DNA of 22,377 bases, taken from positions 248,001 through 270,377 of the forward strand of contig CT868016.1 of NCBI GenBank assembly GCA_000165425.1, given 5' to 3'. This document shows, in pieces, positions 1 through 12,510 of this stretch. Position 1 is the first letter of the stretch; the number at the start of each line of letters is the position of its first letter. The notes below the pieces were generated by a model. It saw only the letters and a list, made by a program, of their open reading frames with translations. It was not told where the DNA came from and made no database searches. A program made the position numbers and the translations under genes. This stretch comes from Paramecium tetraurelia (lineage: Eukaryota).

Positions 1-827
1 CTACATTCAAAATAAACCCTTAGAAAATATTGTAGAATGTTTGTGTGGGACTATATTTTGCGTGAAATGTGAGCAAGGAGATCACCGACTTTTGAAATGT
101 TAGCAATGTGTTGAATGGGTTAAACTATATGAGGGGTCTGTCAACATTCTAAATTTCATTAATCAAGGCAAATTCTGTCCGAAGTGTAATTAGTTCATCG
201 AAAAGAATCTAGGATGTAATCATATGACTTGCAAAAAACCCTTAGGATGCGGATATGAATTTTGCTGGATATGCATGGATGCTTGGTCCTGTCATTCCAA
301 AGAAACTGGAGGCTATTACAAATGCAATAAATATAATGATGAATAGATTGAAGAGAAGAATAAGTTAAAAGTAGATAAATCGGATGAAAAACGATTAATA
401 TTTTATGCTATAAGATATGCTGGACATGAGAAGGGATAATAAATTGCACTCAAAAAGAAAAGAAAATTTTTAGACTTGGTTCAAAAGTAGTAAGTGATCG
501 ATTCTTTTAAGGTGCTGTTAAGGGATAGCTATAATTATATTATATAGGCAAGAATATCTTTAAAATGGACCTATGCCTATGCATATTTCTAAAAGAAGTA
601 GACACCTATGTTCGAATTTGGACAAGCGGATTTTGAGAGATACTGTGAAATATTGCATGACTTGCTTGAAAACGAGATTTACATAAAATTGAAATAAAAA
701 TAATCAATAGAATAATATCACTAAAAATTACTAAACAATTTCAATTTAACAAAACAAGTATAAATATATATATAATAATACTTAGTTTTAAACTCGATTT
801 CTGTCTGAATTTTCACAGCCAAAATGA
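1..827 (+). CDS. Ariadne-family RBR E3 ubiquitin ligase, 5'-truncated (end of IBR, RING2, Ariadne domain)
   Basis: Frame from nt 2 in code 6 reads [18 protein letters not shown] (IBR), [33 protein letters not shown] (RING2 with catalytic Cys in GCNHMTC at ~212-232), then GGYYKCNKY and [14 protein letters not shown]...[16 protein letters not shown] (Ariadne domain). One 28-nt intron at 758-785; TGA at 825-827. Confidence 0.93.
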
Positions 828-1547
828 AATAATCAATTTAAATCTTTAAAATATCATTACCCATCTCATTTATTTCTTTATTCTATATGCCTAATTAATA
901 TTTCAAATATTTTTATTTTAATTCTACAATCTAAATACAGGATATCGATTCTAATATAAATTATAATAAGGCTCTACATATGTATTAGATAGTATTTTAT
1001 CGCAAATTGATTACAAAACATTTTTTTTAGAAGAGATTAATATAGAACAATAATCTGGAATAAATAAAAGATCTTTAAAATCTTGAGAATGTTATTTATA
1101 TTATTTCTTCCCTCTATATCTCTTCTAAACTTTGAAAATGAATGAATTATTAATCAAACGATGATACTTAATATTTGCCACAATCACACAAATGAAAATA
1201 ATAATTTTATAATTGAATTCTCTAATTTTATATCTTCTACATTTAGACAGAAAGCTTAAATCTTTGATTTTTAATATATTTAATATTTGGTAGACAGGAT
1301 ATAAGAATTATATAATTTCTAATTATTCAAAGATTAAACTAAGATTGATAAATAGAAAATGATTTCTATGGAAGCCTTAAATGAAAAGTATTGAGCATCA
1401 TTAACACTAAATATTTTGATTACATATTTATATGCGTAATTGAATTTTTAGTACTTATTAACTATTATTGGATTAAAATCAAATTCTGATCTGAAGTTGT
1501 AAGTTCAAAGATAATTAGTTATTTAAGAAAAATTATTTATTTTTATA

Positions 1548-2511
1548 ATGAGGCTACAGAGAAATCACTAAGGAGCTATAAACATGTTAAAAACAAAAAT
1601 AGAATCTTATGAGCACCGCCACAAATAACACATACTTTGCTAATTATTCCCAGACACTCCAATGTGATTAATTTTGACTAATTTAATAGAAAATGGATAA
1701 AACCCCACTTAGATAAAGTAATTTTCACATCTTATCATTTGAATTAAACTCTATTTTGTAAGAATCAAAAACCCACTCATGTTTATTTTATTATAGAAGG
1801 TGAAGTAAGATTGGAAGAAACATAAATCGAAAGGAGAAAACCTTAAAATGCCATGTTTGCTTCTACTTGCATGGCAAAGAGTAGAACTTTGCTTATCATA
1901 TCAGCCGGCTCTTTAGTAGGGGTATGATTATCATCTAATTTTAGGAAATTGAAGCATTGCACGAAAAACCTTATTAAACAACAGCTAAAAGCAATGTTCA
2001 TTACAGTAAAATACTTTTAATTCCAGAGGAAATCTATATAGATTTAAAAAAACAAGATGAATCTTATTAAAGCACTGAAACACAGCATTTAAAGGATTAA
2101 CTCATTTTGAAGAAGATAAACTAGCTAAAGAGTCGATTAGAATTGTAAGAGGTGTCTCCAGAAAGAGATTCATCCCCTTAGACGAAGATTAGCAGAGAAG
2201 ATTTCATTGTCTAACAAAACAAAAGAATATAGAAAAAAAAAAATTTTGAATTCATAAATCTAACACCTGAAGCTCCTTTGTTTTCTGTTAAAAAACTGAA
2301 ACGAGTAGCTGCTCCTGATGATAAGCCAGAGAATAGAGCAAGATCGATATCAGCTCCTACTAAAGCGAAAATGCTTACTACCATGAAAAGCATAGAAAAA
2401 ATATCAAAACCTGAAGAGATTACTCGATCTCGAGCCAATACAATAAATTTTGGAGAAAAATGTAGACCTGCTTCTCGAATCTTTTGGCAATAAATATTTT
2501 AGAAACTTTGA
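1548..2511 (+). CDS. Cyclic-nucleotide-binding (cNMP/CAP-like) domain protein, ~304 aa, with a basic low-complexity tail
   Basis: ATG 1548; introns 1664-1689 (26 nt, GTG donor) and 1922-1944 (23 nt); TGA 2509-2511. Motifs LFCKNQKPTHVYFIIEGEVRL and IISAGSLVGEIEALHEKPYQTTAKS match the cNMP beta-barrel and phosphate-binding cassette. The track ORF 2278..2493 is part of the last exon. Confidence 0.82.
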
Positions 2512-2532
2512 TTTTATATTTATATAAATTTT

Positions 2533-5500
2533 ATGTTTAATTTGGACGATTTATTGGCAGAAGATGAAAATGATGTGAATGATGCATCTAATTTAGAGAT
2601 TGACGACATTCTAAATGAAAGTGATAATTCTATCAAAGAATTGGATATTGAAAAAGTAAGAATATGTTTGAAAAATCAAGGCAAATTAAATTTTAAGCGA
2701 GAAAAAACAAAAATTAAAAGTGCAAACGAAATGTGAATAAAAAGAATATGAAGAATTAATAAAAAAATACATCGAGCATGATTTCGAATAATAAACAGAA
2801 GAGTTTAAAATTGAAATTTCTTCATCCAATGAGGAGGAAATTGAACCACAATCATTAATCGATTAAATTGACAAGTAAGAAAGAATAATTAAGGAATCCT
2901 CTCTATAGAATGTAGAATTGATTAACAATAATATTGAAATAGAAAATACAGAGATTCACGATTTATAATTAATTTCGAATCAATTGAAGAAATTATCAGG
3001 TCAACCGTGTCTCATTACTTTCTAATTCAATATCTTATCAATAGGAACTTCAGTTGGTGAAATACTGGTTTATTCTGCATCTAATAATGATTTTATTGGT
3101 ATTTATATTAACTAAGCGCAGTTCTGAAATACAATTCTAAAGTGAGTGCAATTGATAATACTTAAGCATTTTTAGTAGCTAGCTATGAAGATTGTGCAAT
3201 CATTTTATGGGATCCCAACACCAAAGCTCAATTAAAAAATATTAAACATTAAGAACCTCTCTTATCGTTGAAGTTCTTTAATGAAACTTAGTTCATAATT
3301 TCTGACTATTTGGGACAAACATCCATGTGTAAAATAACCAAAATGTTATGGTCATATTAAGTTGAGATAGACAAACTATTGCCAAGGTATCAATTCATAA
3401 AATTAATTTAGACAAATCCATCCATTCTATCAAATTTCTATTTGGAAACAAGAATATATATCGTTTTCATGTTTAGAGTAAGTCATAGTTATGAAAATTG
3501 ATTAGTAAACATAAATTATTAAGCGAATCAAGAGATAAGTAGATGGTTACACATACCCTTGTACAAGTTGGGGATAATTTACCAATACTGAAGAATATAC
3601 CGAAATGATTGAGATTGCATTAGCAGTTTCTTGGGGTACACATATAGAAATATATGTTGTTGAAAAATAATAGTTGATTTAAAAATATTCCTTTATTTTA
3701 AACACTATAATTTCCTGTAATTGGCTATCAAGGGATATGCTATTAGTATTTACAAGAGAATTTTAAATTGTTACTTTAAATGCATAGTTTTTTAATAAGG
3801 ATATAATTACTGAAGAGTCTAGAAATACTTTAAGGAAATAAATGAACTATTTATCCAATAAAACTGAAAAAGCTATTTAATCAATGACACCTTTGGGGGA
3901 TGTAATTAACTTTCCTTTGTAAATAAATAATGGTTAATAAATGGTATCTGTGTATATGAATTGCATATCTGTTAATGCTAGATTCGTCTATCTTTTAACA
4001 CTCCCAATAATCAAAAGAGTTAAACTACTGATCTGGTCAGATTATTTAAAAGTAATGATAGAAAAAGCAGAAACAAAATAAAATTGGTATGATATTTTAT
4101 CTTTCGGAATCAAACTGTATTGGAATCAAATCCATTGTTTTGCCATCCCTCAAACTAGTTATGATTAAAGAGTTGTATTTTCGGATATTTCAAAAGACAT
4201 ATGCAGTACATTTATCAATCTAGTGGGACAAAGTATTGAATCCTAAAAGGTCTCAGAGTAATTGAAATATGAATAATGGACTTAAACCATATATTCGGCT
4301 ATTTAATATTGTATACATTGCAATCAATAGTAATATCTCTTCACAGGTTTGAAGACTCTCTTAATAAAGTTTCATCGTTATACATAATTGTTAGCATCAT
4401 TAGAGGAATTTATTTTAAACAAATAGATTAAATAGATTCCTACAGATTTGCTTCTTTAGATATCTACTCACTACAAGGTGTTAAATAAATCAGATATTGT
4501 AGAATAATTGATATTGTCATTAGATCCAAAATGTTTGGATATGACAACCATTTTTTAAATTTGCCAAGAAAATGATTTGTATACTCCATTAATGGTAGTA
4601 TGTCCTCGTATTGATCATGATTATATTACACCGTTATAAAAGATGTACTCCAACTTTTTGAAAACCCAAAATTAAAATATGTTATTAAAATCGTTGTGGT
4701 TTATAAAATTGACTTTTCAATAGATTTTATTCCCAAATGAAAAGATTCCTTAAGATAGATTTCAACATGCTTTTGGATAAGTTATTATGTGGTTGTTAAT
4801 TGATGATATTTTAAGGAACTTTGGAATTTATCTGCCAAAGGAACTTTTCGAAATTCTAAAATTTGCTATGAATTATGCTTCTTTATTCAACTCAGAATAA
4901 TTACAAAAGTATTTTAATAATCAGAAACCAATTTTGGTGGCTTTTATACATAAAATTTATAAAAGCTTGTCTTAATCAATAGTCACTCATGAGGCATTAG
5001 GAATTGAATTTAGTAAATTCATAGGTTCAATAAAAGGATTGGTTCTTGATGAAGAAGTATACATAAAGTCATTAAAACATCTAGTATCTGATAGAAAGAA
5101 TTTCTAATTAATATTAAACATTTTGGAATAAATTGAGTTGAAACCGCTTTTAAAGAATGAACTTTTTGAATAATCAAATGATAACTACATTAAATCTCTT
5201 TTTGCCTCAGATATCTATAAGCAAATAGATCTTTGTTTGATAAATGTAAACAAAAAGTTTTTCTCTCTTTGGTTGTAAAGATAGCTCAATTAAAAGAGAG
5301 AATAAACTTTGAAGGTTTTAGAGTTATACTTTGATACCCTACTGGAAAATCATTAAACTTTACAGATCTTAAAGTAGATAGTTCCAACATTAACATCTTA
5401 AGAACAGTATAAGTTGATGAAAAGAGAATTAATTACTAATGGATATATGGAATTATTTCAATCTTTAGGTCCTTCGAATAAAGATTTACGAGCTTTGTTT

Positions 5501-6553
5501 ATTAGAGCTAGTTGCATTCATACACCTCATCATGTATTGGATAAGATTCATCATTTTGCTTTAGATGACTTAGAATCAATATTTATTGAAACTAAACATA
5601 AAGAAGGATTAGGATACATATATGCACGAGTTGGTAAATTCAATATTGCTATGAGATTTTTTGTTTAAAATTTGCTTGATTATTTACAAGAATGTTTTAC
5701 ATAGTAATCCTTTTCAAATGAGATTTTAAACTTAAAATTCGATTTATTGTTTTAGACTTGCAAAGACAATTTATCTCATAATGATCAAAATCTATTCTTT
5801 GAGTTGGGTCATCAACTTTTTAATTCAGAAACTCACTCTCAGATTTGGGTCTTCTCTGAATAAATAAATTAAAACAATTATTAAAATATGATACCAATTT
5901 TATAGGTCATCAATGCAAGGCTGTGCGAATATTACAATTTTTTGAGTATTGAAGAATTGATTAATTTGATGGAGGAACAAATGGATATCTTCAGAATGGT
6001 GTGGATAAAATGGAGTTTCAAGAACTTGATTTATGATTAAAGAGTGCAGTATAGAATTTGGTACAAAAGCTATTTTATTGAATTGTAAACCTATTTAGGA
6101 TTCAAGTTTTAAATATTTCATTAAGATGTATATTTTAAAATTATTCTAGGCCAGTAGTCCCGAAATCCAGAATATATGTAGTAATTGTAACGAATTTATT
6201 ACAAATGAATAACAATAACATGTGTTAATTAGAAAGTGTTCTCATTCAACACATCAGAGTTGTTTATAATAGCCATTCTGTCATATTTGCAATCCAAAAG
6301 TCAAAATGCAATTAGAGAGTGTGTTAGCAAATAGGACTGCAAGTGATGGAGTTGATATGAAGAGAAGATAAATTTTGATTAAAGAAAATGAAATCATGAA
6401 AGTAAACAATTTAGTTTAATATAAAAATAGAATCATCGCAAATTAGAAGAACAAATGGATGATTTGTAATTAACAGCAGAGGATATTCGAATTCATGAGG
6501 AAAATCGAATAATCCGTAATTTAGAACTTTTTGATAAATTTTTTAATTTATGA
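2533..6553 (+). CDS. VPS8: Vacuolar protein sorting 8 (CORVET-specific subunit), ~1298 aa
   Basis: Continuous code-6 frame after removing introns 2656-2680, 3099-3121, 3387-3411, 6128-6149 and 6402-6430. Acidic N-terminus, WD40-like region (LSIGTSVGEILVY; LVASYEDCAIILWD; LAVSWGTHI), Vps8 central domain (LEEFILNKQIKQIPTDLL...VEQLILSLDPKCLDMTTIFQICQENDLYTPLMVVCPRIDHDYITPL) and C-terminal RING-H2 (CSNC...CSHSTHQSC...CHIC). TGA 6551-6553. Confidence 0.88.
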
Positions 6554-6573
6554 GTTAGAATACACAATACTGA

Positions 6574-9500
6574 TCATTTTGATACTTCCAAGAGTTTCTT
6601 CTACTCTTCTTGACTTAACATTCCAAATATTGCTTAGACATTTTGTCCTTGGGATTATTCAAATACTTTCAAGGCACTTGAAATCTTTGTATCAATAGCT
6701 TCACTAGATCTTTTTGTCTTGTAAGAATTAGCAAAAACTTTGAGAATCTAAAAATATTAATTTAGTAGATTACTTATAAAGCATTTTCTGGTTTTCCATT
6801 TATTAATTGATTGCAATCTGCAATGACAAAGTCTGCCAATTATTCATGTTGAAGACGAGCCTCTGGTTTATCATATTTGAGAGGTAACAAATGTAACCAA
6901 GTTTGAAGTCCTTAGGCAAGATCACCTCCTAAAGATTTTGATTAATATTTGATGATTTTTCCTAAGGCTGCAATTGAATTGTCTCTGGCGTGTCCATGTT
7001 ATTTTTCTGTGTCATCTTGGTTCTTGTCAACCTTTAAGGAATCAACTAGAGCCTTAGATAAAATGGGAGCAACATTAATGTACAATTACTATTATGATAT
7101 TTAAATGTAATACCTCTGGTGTATTGAGGGCCATGATACCAATTCCATAAACAGCAGCTTATCTCACAAAGCACACTTTATCAACAGCATAGACTGTCAA
7201 AGCTTAAGCGAAATCGTTGAGTTTGCCTTAAACATATGGGTATCCCAAATATTCAACCATGTCATCAATAAGGAAAATACCAAATTGGTGCATTTTTGGA
7301 GATTAGGTTGGGTCTAAGACCTTGGGTAAAATTTAATTGCAAATGACTTCATAGAGTGGTTATACTTAATCTTTGTGAGTCTTGAAGATGGATCCAATGC
7401 ATTCAGCAATTTTAACATGGAGTTCTTCTTCAGTTTCGGTTTCTTCTTTGATAACAGTCTTTTCATCTTCATCAACATCTTCCTCCTTTGACATTTTTTC
7501 ATTCTCAGCCTTTCTCTTGTCTGATTCCAACAACAATTTAAAGACTTTGTCTGAAAGTTAAGTAACTTCTTCAGTTGTCATGAATGGTTATCCAACTATG
7601 TCAATAATTTCTTTGATGCAATCGACTTATTCAATAATGACCATAGGATCGAATTCTTTCTGAGCAGCTTCTAATATGATTCCTAAGAAGTATTTAGCTC
7701 CGTTAACCAATTGTTATACATTATTTGTAGCCTTAACATTTTCAATAAGACTGACTAAACATTTGCATGCAGCACTTCTAATGTTTTCATCGGTATTGAA
7801 ATTGCAAAGAGGCACAATCAATTAGGTGCATGAATCAAAGTAAGGGAAGAAGGATTCTTTCAACTCTTCAATGAATACTGACAACATATGAATGGCGACT
7901 TCAGCTTCCTCGTTATCATAAGTATGGAATTCTTCATCTCCAGTTCCTGTATGTACTTTGAACACTTATTAAACTAATTGGAATAATGATGGGATGATTT
8001 CGGGTAGGTATACAGCAATTTATTATGGGCATACCAAGGCTAATCTTTACCATCCAGAGAGGACATAAGATTTTTAAGGATCAACAGCTTCAAGTTGACT
8101 AGTTTGGACTTGGATTAAAATTCTAACTGTTTCAGCTAAAAATGGTTAAAATGCAAGTTAGCCAACAGCTGAAGCTATTAAAGTGATAGTTTCAATAGTT
8201 TATCCTTTCAATTATCTATATTCTTTATTTTAATGATTCTAGAAGACTTGGAATAATAATGGTACAATTTCATTAACATAAGGAAGGAATTGTTATTTAC
8301 TAGATTCTGCTGTAGCTGCCAAAGCACTCATGGCATTTTCTTTTACAATAGAAATTCCATTATTCAAATATTAGATTGTTAATTAGATAAGATTTTGTAA
8401 ATATGATTCAATTCCTTTTTCAGTTCCTTCAACAAAATTAGTTAAAGCAGCTAAAATGTGAGATGTAACTCTTGGAACATCTTCAACTTATAATCTGGTT
8501 AAGAATTATGGTACTATCAAATGTAAATAGTTCTCTTAGAACTTAGGTTTCATATCATCAGCAATTTAACCTATAGCATGACAAACTGCATATCTAATCA
8601 TAGGATTTGAGTCACTCAACATTGGAGATACCAATTCAATTATTGGTTTCACTTCTGCTACTTCCTCTATGTATTCACCAACTTATGATAATGCCAAAAT
8701 TGCAGCATATTTATATCTCCAATCTTGATGTTGTAATAATTAATTAACTATTGGACTTAATACTGGTAACATTTCCTTATCACCAATTGATTCAATCAAT
8801 CTATCAATTGAAGACATACCAAATCTTGTTGTTTCACAATCTTCATCCTATTATATATCATCATTAAATCCTTCAGCTGGCTTCATCCATTCCTCAGATA
8901 CTGTCTAACTAATTTGGATCATGTGGAAGAAAATCATTTCTACCAATTGACTCAAGTATTATTTGTCTTGTTTAAAAACTCTTGGGAATTTTTCAGCTAA
9001 ACTTATTAAAGTTTCTGTTCCAATTCTCTTCAATCCTTATTCAATTTGAGATTCTCTGAAAATAGCTGCGATTCCATTGAAAAATACGTTGATTTGTTTT
9101 CTAAAGAACTTTGGTTCAGCATCAATGATATCAGAAAAGGTTTCCATAATTTCTTCTCCTAAAGTTTGATCTTACACTGTAACAGCCAAAGCAGATTACA
9201 TAAGGTTTGGAATGAGATCTTAGAATGCTCTGTATTATTTGGGTTCAGATGTTGTTACATAATTACCAATTGATTAGATTGTTGCTGTTTTAATCTTTTA
9301 ATCTGGACTAGCAAGTCCTTAGATGAATAGAGTGTGAAGATCGGCTTAATGTTTATTGAATAGATCTATAGCATATGTGAAAAGATTGGCCAATATCTTG
9401 AATCCACATTCAATCAAGTCATTTTTTGGGGATAAGAACAATTACCATAATGTTTATAAGAGATTAGGCCATGAATTTTTTGTTTCATCTTCGAAGAGTG

Positions 9501-9858
9501 ATCCTCCAAGTTCTCCTATAGTATCACACAATTGACTTCTCACATTAGAACTAGTTTCAAGCTCCAACAATTAGAAGAGTGACACTTTAACAATTTCCTA
9601 AGTCTCTGGAGTGAGAAGGCTCCATACATTTTTATGACTCTTGGGTGAATAGTTACTGAGTGAGTTTCTCAAATACACTGGAGCAAATTATCTGATTTTT
9701 AATTCTTCATGTCTGCATAGATGGAGCATTGATGTGACAAATTCACTTGGCTAAGAATCTCTATATTAGGCTAGTAACTCCTCTGCCTTTTATCTGGTGG
9801 CATTATCTGGTGAGAACACACCATGGATCACATTAAGAAGCTATTCTTACAAACTCAT
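6574..9858 (-). CDS. IPO5: Importin-5 / karyopherin beta-3 (Kap121/Pse1-like) HEAT-repeat nuclear import receptor, ~1077 aa
   Basis: ATG 9858: MSLQEQLLNVIHGVFSPDNATRQKAEELL (importin N-terminal domain). Family motifs DWRYKYAAILALSQVGE, NPMIRYAVCHAIGQIADD, VPRVTSHILAALTNFVE, LKGQTIETITLIASAVG and ARDNSIAALGKI. Introns 7089-7113 (25 nt) and 6748-6773 (26 nt); TGA 6574-6576. IPO4 is not fully excluded. Confidence 0.88.
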
Positions 9859-11034
9859 TGTTTTTTTATCACAAATTTTGTATTTTTAAATATTAAAATC
9901 ATCAAATTTATTTAAACATATAAATCTCGATTATTCGAATTTTCAAATATACTTAAATTCCCTCTCATTTCCAATCAATTACTAATGCACATAGTTCTTC
10001 ATTTACAGTATCAATTATGGTTCATTTGTACATATCGGCAATTGAATTAATAATTAAACATCCTTAAATTCAAGAATTTATTATAAGGGATAATTCAAAA
10101 TGATTTATTTAATAATTCTAGTTAAATGAAAGGTTATCATCCAAATCAAATAGTATTCTCTTGCATAATAATTATGAGATTGGTTCTAAATATTCAATTA
10201 ATTCACTAATATTTCACTCCTTTTTATCTTAATGGATATATTGAATATTTGATTAAGGGATTTACACAACTTATTAATAAATCTATTTGAAAATATTTTT
10301 ATAGAATATTTTAAATAACCCCAAAAAATTTATAAGATCTGTATGTATTTTTAAACACATGCTGAATTATTTAGATAATGATAACTAATATACATTAACA
10401 ATTTGTCAATACCAAGTTAGGCCAATCATTTTATTCTAAAGTATAATGAAACAAAACCAAAAAAGAAGTAAAAACTTAATTAGTTTTCCTAAAGATATAT
10501 TTATTGGAAAGCCAGATTTATAATTGAAAAACAGTCTAAAAAGTTTAGAAGTTCAGAAAAACAATTTAACAAAGACAAGGTTAAAATACTTAACTGAATT
10601 AAACTAAAGACTAGAAATTATTTATCCTATTTTTATTAATTTAAAATTAAAATTACTGTAATAGAGAATATTAGGATCATTCATTTAGTTATTTTTTGGT
10701 TTATATTAATATTAGATAATTATATTATATCTTATTTGCTAAATAAATTAGCTTTTGATATTGGATTGCTTCGATTATAACAATTAATTTTAGAGATTAA
10801 ATTTATCTTATTGTTCAAGTAATTATTAGATTTCATTTGAAAATTGTATTTTTAATTTCATATTATTTTTTCTCAAAATTAATTGAAGATTATTTTTTCT
10901 AGAGTTATATATTTTCCTTACCTCATTCTTTGAACACAGTAACTTACTAGCAATTATTTTATAGGTATAATATTCTAACAAAATATTCATAATATTTTTC
11001 AATTTATAATAATAATTTTTTGAATATAATCAAA

Positions 11035-12475
11035 ATGATGGAAGAAATGGAATATTTAAGACTGCCACCAATTTTGGCAAAATAAGTTTAACATCCTGGT
11101 AATTATAAAATCAATAGTAGAGGAATATGTGCGAAAAAATGATCCTAAGGAGCCTGTTAGAAGGATTTTTAAAAATGTTCCAATATCTCAAGACGAACGC
11201 AAGCTACTGCAATAACTTAAAGATAATCTAGCAGCTTATAAAATTGAAATAAATCCTGAGTATAATGATTTATGAACTAGCTCATAAACAGACGAAGTGC
11301 TTTTACGTTATCTATATGCTAATAATTTCAATATTGAAAATACAAAAGACATGCTAAGAAGTCATTTAGGTTGGTTACGAGAACCAAAAAATTATGAATT
11401 TGATCAAGATGTTCTAGATATTTATGTAATTTCATGTATATAATAGAATAAAGGCATTGTCTACATTTTAGGAAGAGATAAATAATATAGACCTACGTTG
11501 ATTATTAATTGCGATTAAATCACAACTATTAATGTGGAACTCTTAAAACGGGCTATTAGCATTTTATGTATAATAATGGAAGATTATTGCTTTTTTGATG
11601 GTAAAATTGAAAATTGGAATATTATTATCGATCTTAAGGAGAAATGTGTTTTAAATGTTAAATTATAAGAGTATTATTCTTTATTTTAATTAATGTATTA
11701 AAATTTTCCATGCACTGTAGATAAAATATTTATTTTACATCCTTCCTTAAGTATATAATTGGGATGGGCTGAATTTTTGGAGCACGTTTTTAACAAAAAG
11801 AAGATAATAATTGTATCTGACATTAATTAATTTAAAAAATATTATGAACCTACATAATTAGAAAGGAAATATGGAGGAAGAATAGAAATAAAAAAGTATT
11901 TTCCACCATTGAATACCATACCTGAAGGAAAGTAATTAACTGAACCTTTAAAGCTTTTAGAATCCATGAATTAATAACAATAATAATAAATTTAAATACA
12001 GACTAAACAAAGCATTTAAGCCTAAAACACTTTCTAAGAAACAGTGACAAAATAAGTTTAACCAACAGAGACCCTTAAAATGACAAAATCAAAAATTGAG
12101 AGAGATTTCTCTGTTTACCCATAGCAAGAAGTCAATGACTTTAAAGTTTATAGACCAACAGAAATTTCCAAAGAACCTATTAAAAACATTTCCAAATATA
12201 ATCGGCTAACTTAAGCAGAAATAATGAAAAAAGAGTATGAATTTCAAGTACAACAAACCATTCTGCAACAAAAATAGGCAGAAGTAATGAAAAGCTATAA
12301 ATATAAACAAAGCTAGATGATTTTTGAAGGAAATGATTAAGATGAAATATTAAGTGAGTAAATTCGAACTTAAACTGTAAAGCCTTAATCTGTTTAAGGT
12401 CAACCCCAAAATGCAAAAGGAAGATTAACAGCTGAATAAGCAGAAGAAGATAATGCTGCTTGCATAATATTTTGA
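11035..12475 (+). CDS. CRAL-TRIO (Sec14-like) lipid-binding/transfer protein with Gln-rich tail and C-terminal CaaX box, ~458 aa
   Basis: ATG 11035; introns 11099-11120, 11260-11280 and 11426-11446. Motifs TDEVLLRYLYANNFNIE (CRAL-TRIO N), GIVYILGRDKQYRPTLII, GKIENWNIIIDL, QNFPCTVDKIFILHP and QLERKYGG. Ends ...AACIIF-TGA (12473-12475). Confidence 0.9.
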
Positions 12476-12510
12476 TATTAGTATAATTTTATTCATAGAT
12501 ATAAGAAATA

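Noticed and set aside
2211..2438. Track ORF, 75 aa, minus strand, hydrophobic
   Set aside because: Antisense shadow of the last exon of the cNMP-domain gene.
2656..2736. C-terminal part of track ORF 2533..2736
   Set aside because: It reads through the 25-nt intron 2656-2680; splicing gives the continuous VPS8 frame.
7314..7502. Track ORF, 62 aa, Lys/Met-rich
   Set aside because: Out-of-frame reading of the acidic loop region of importin-5.
12180..12416. Track ORF, 78 aa, minus strand
   Set aside because: Antisense to the Gln/Lys-rich tail of the CRAL-TRIO gene.
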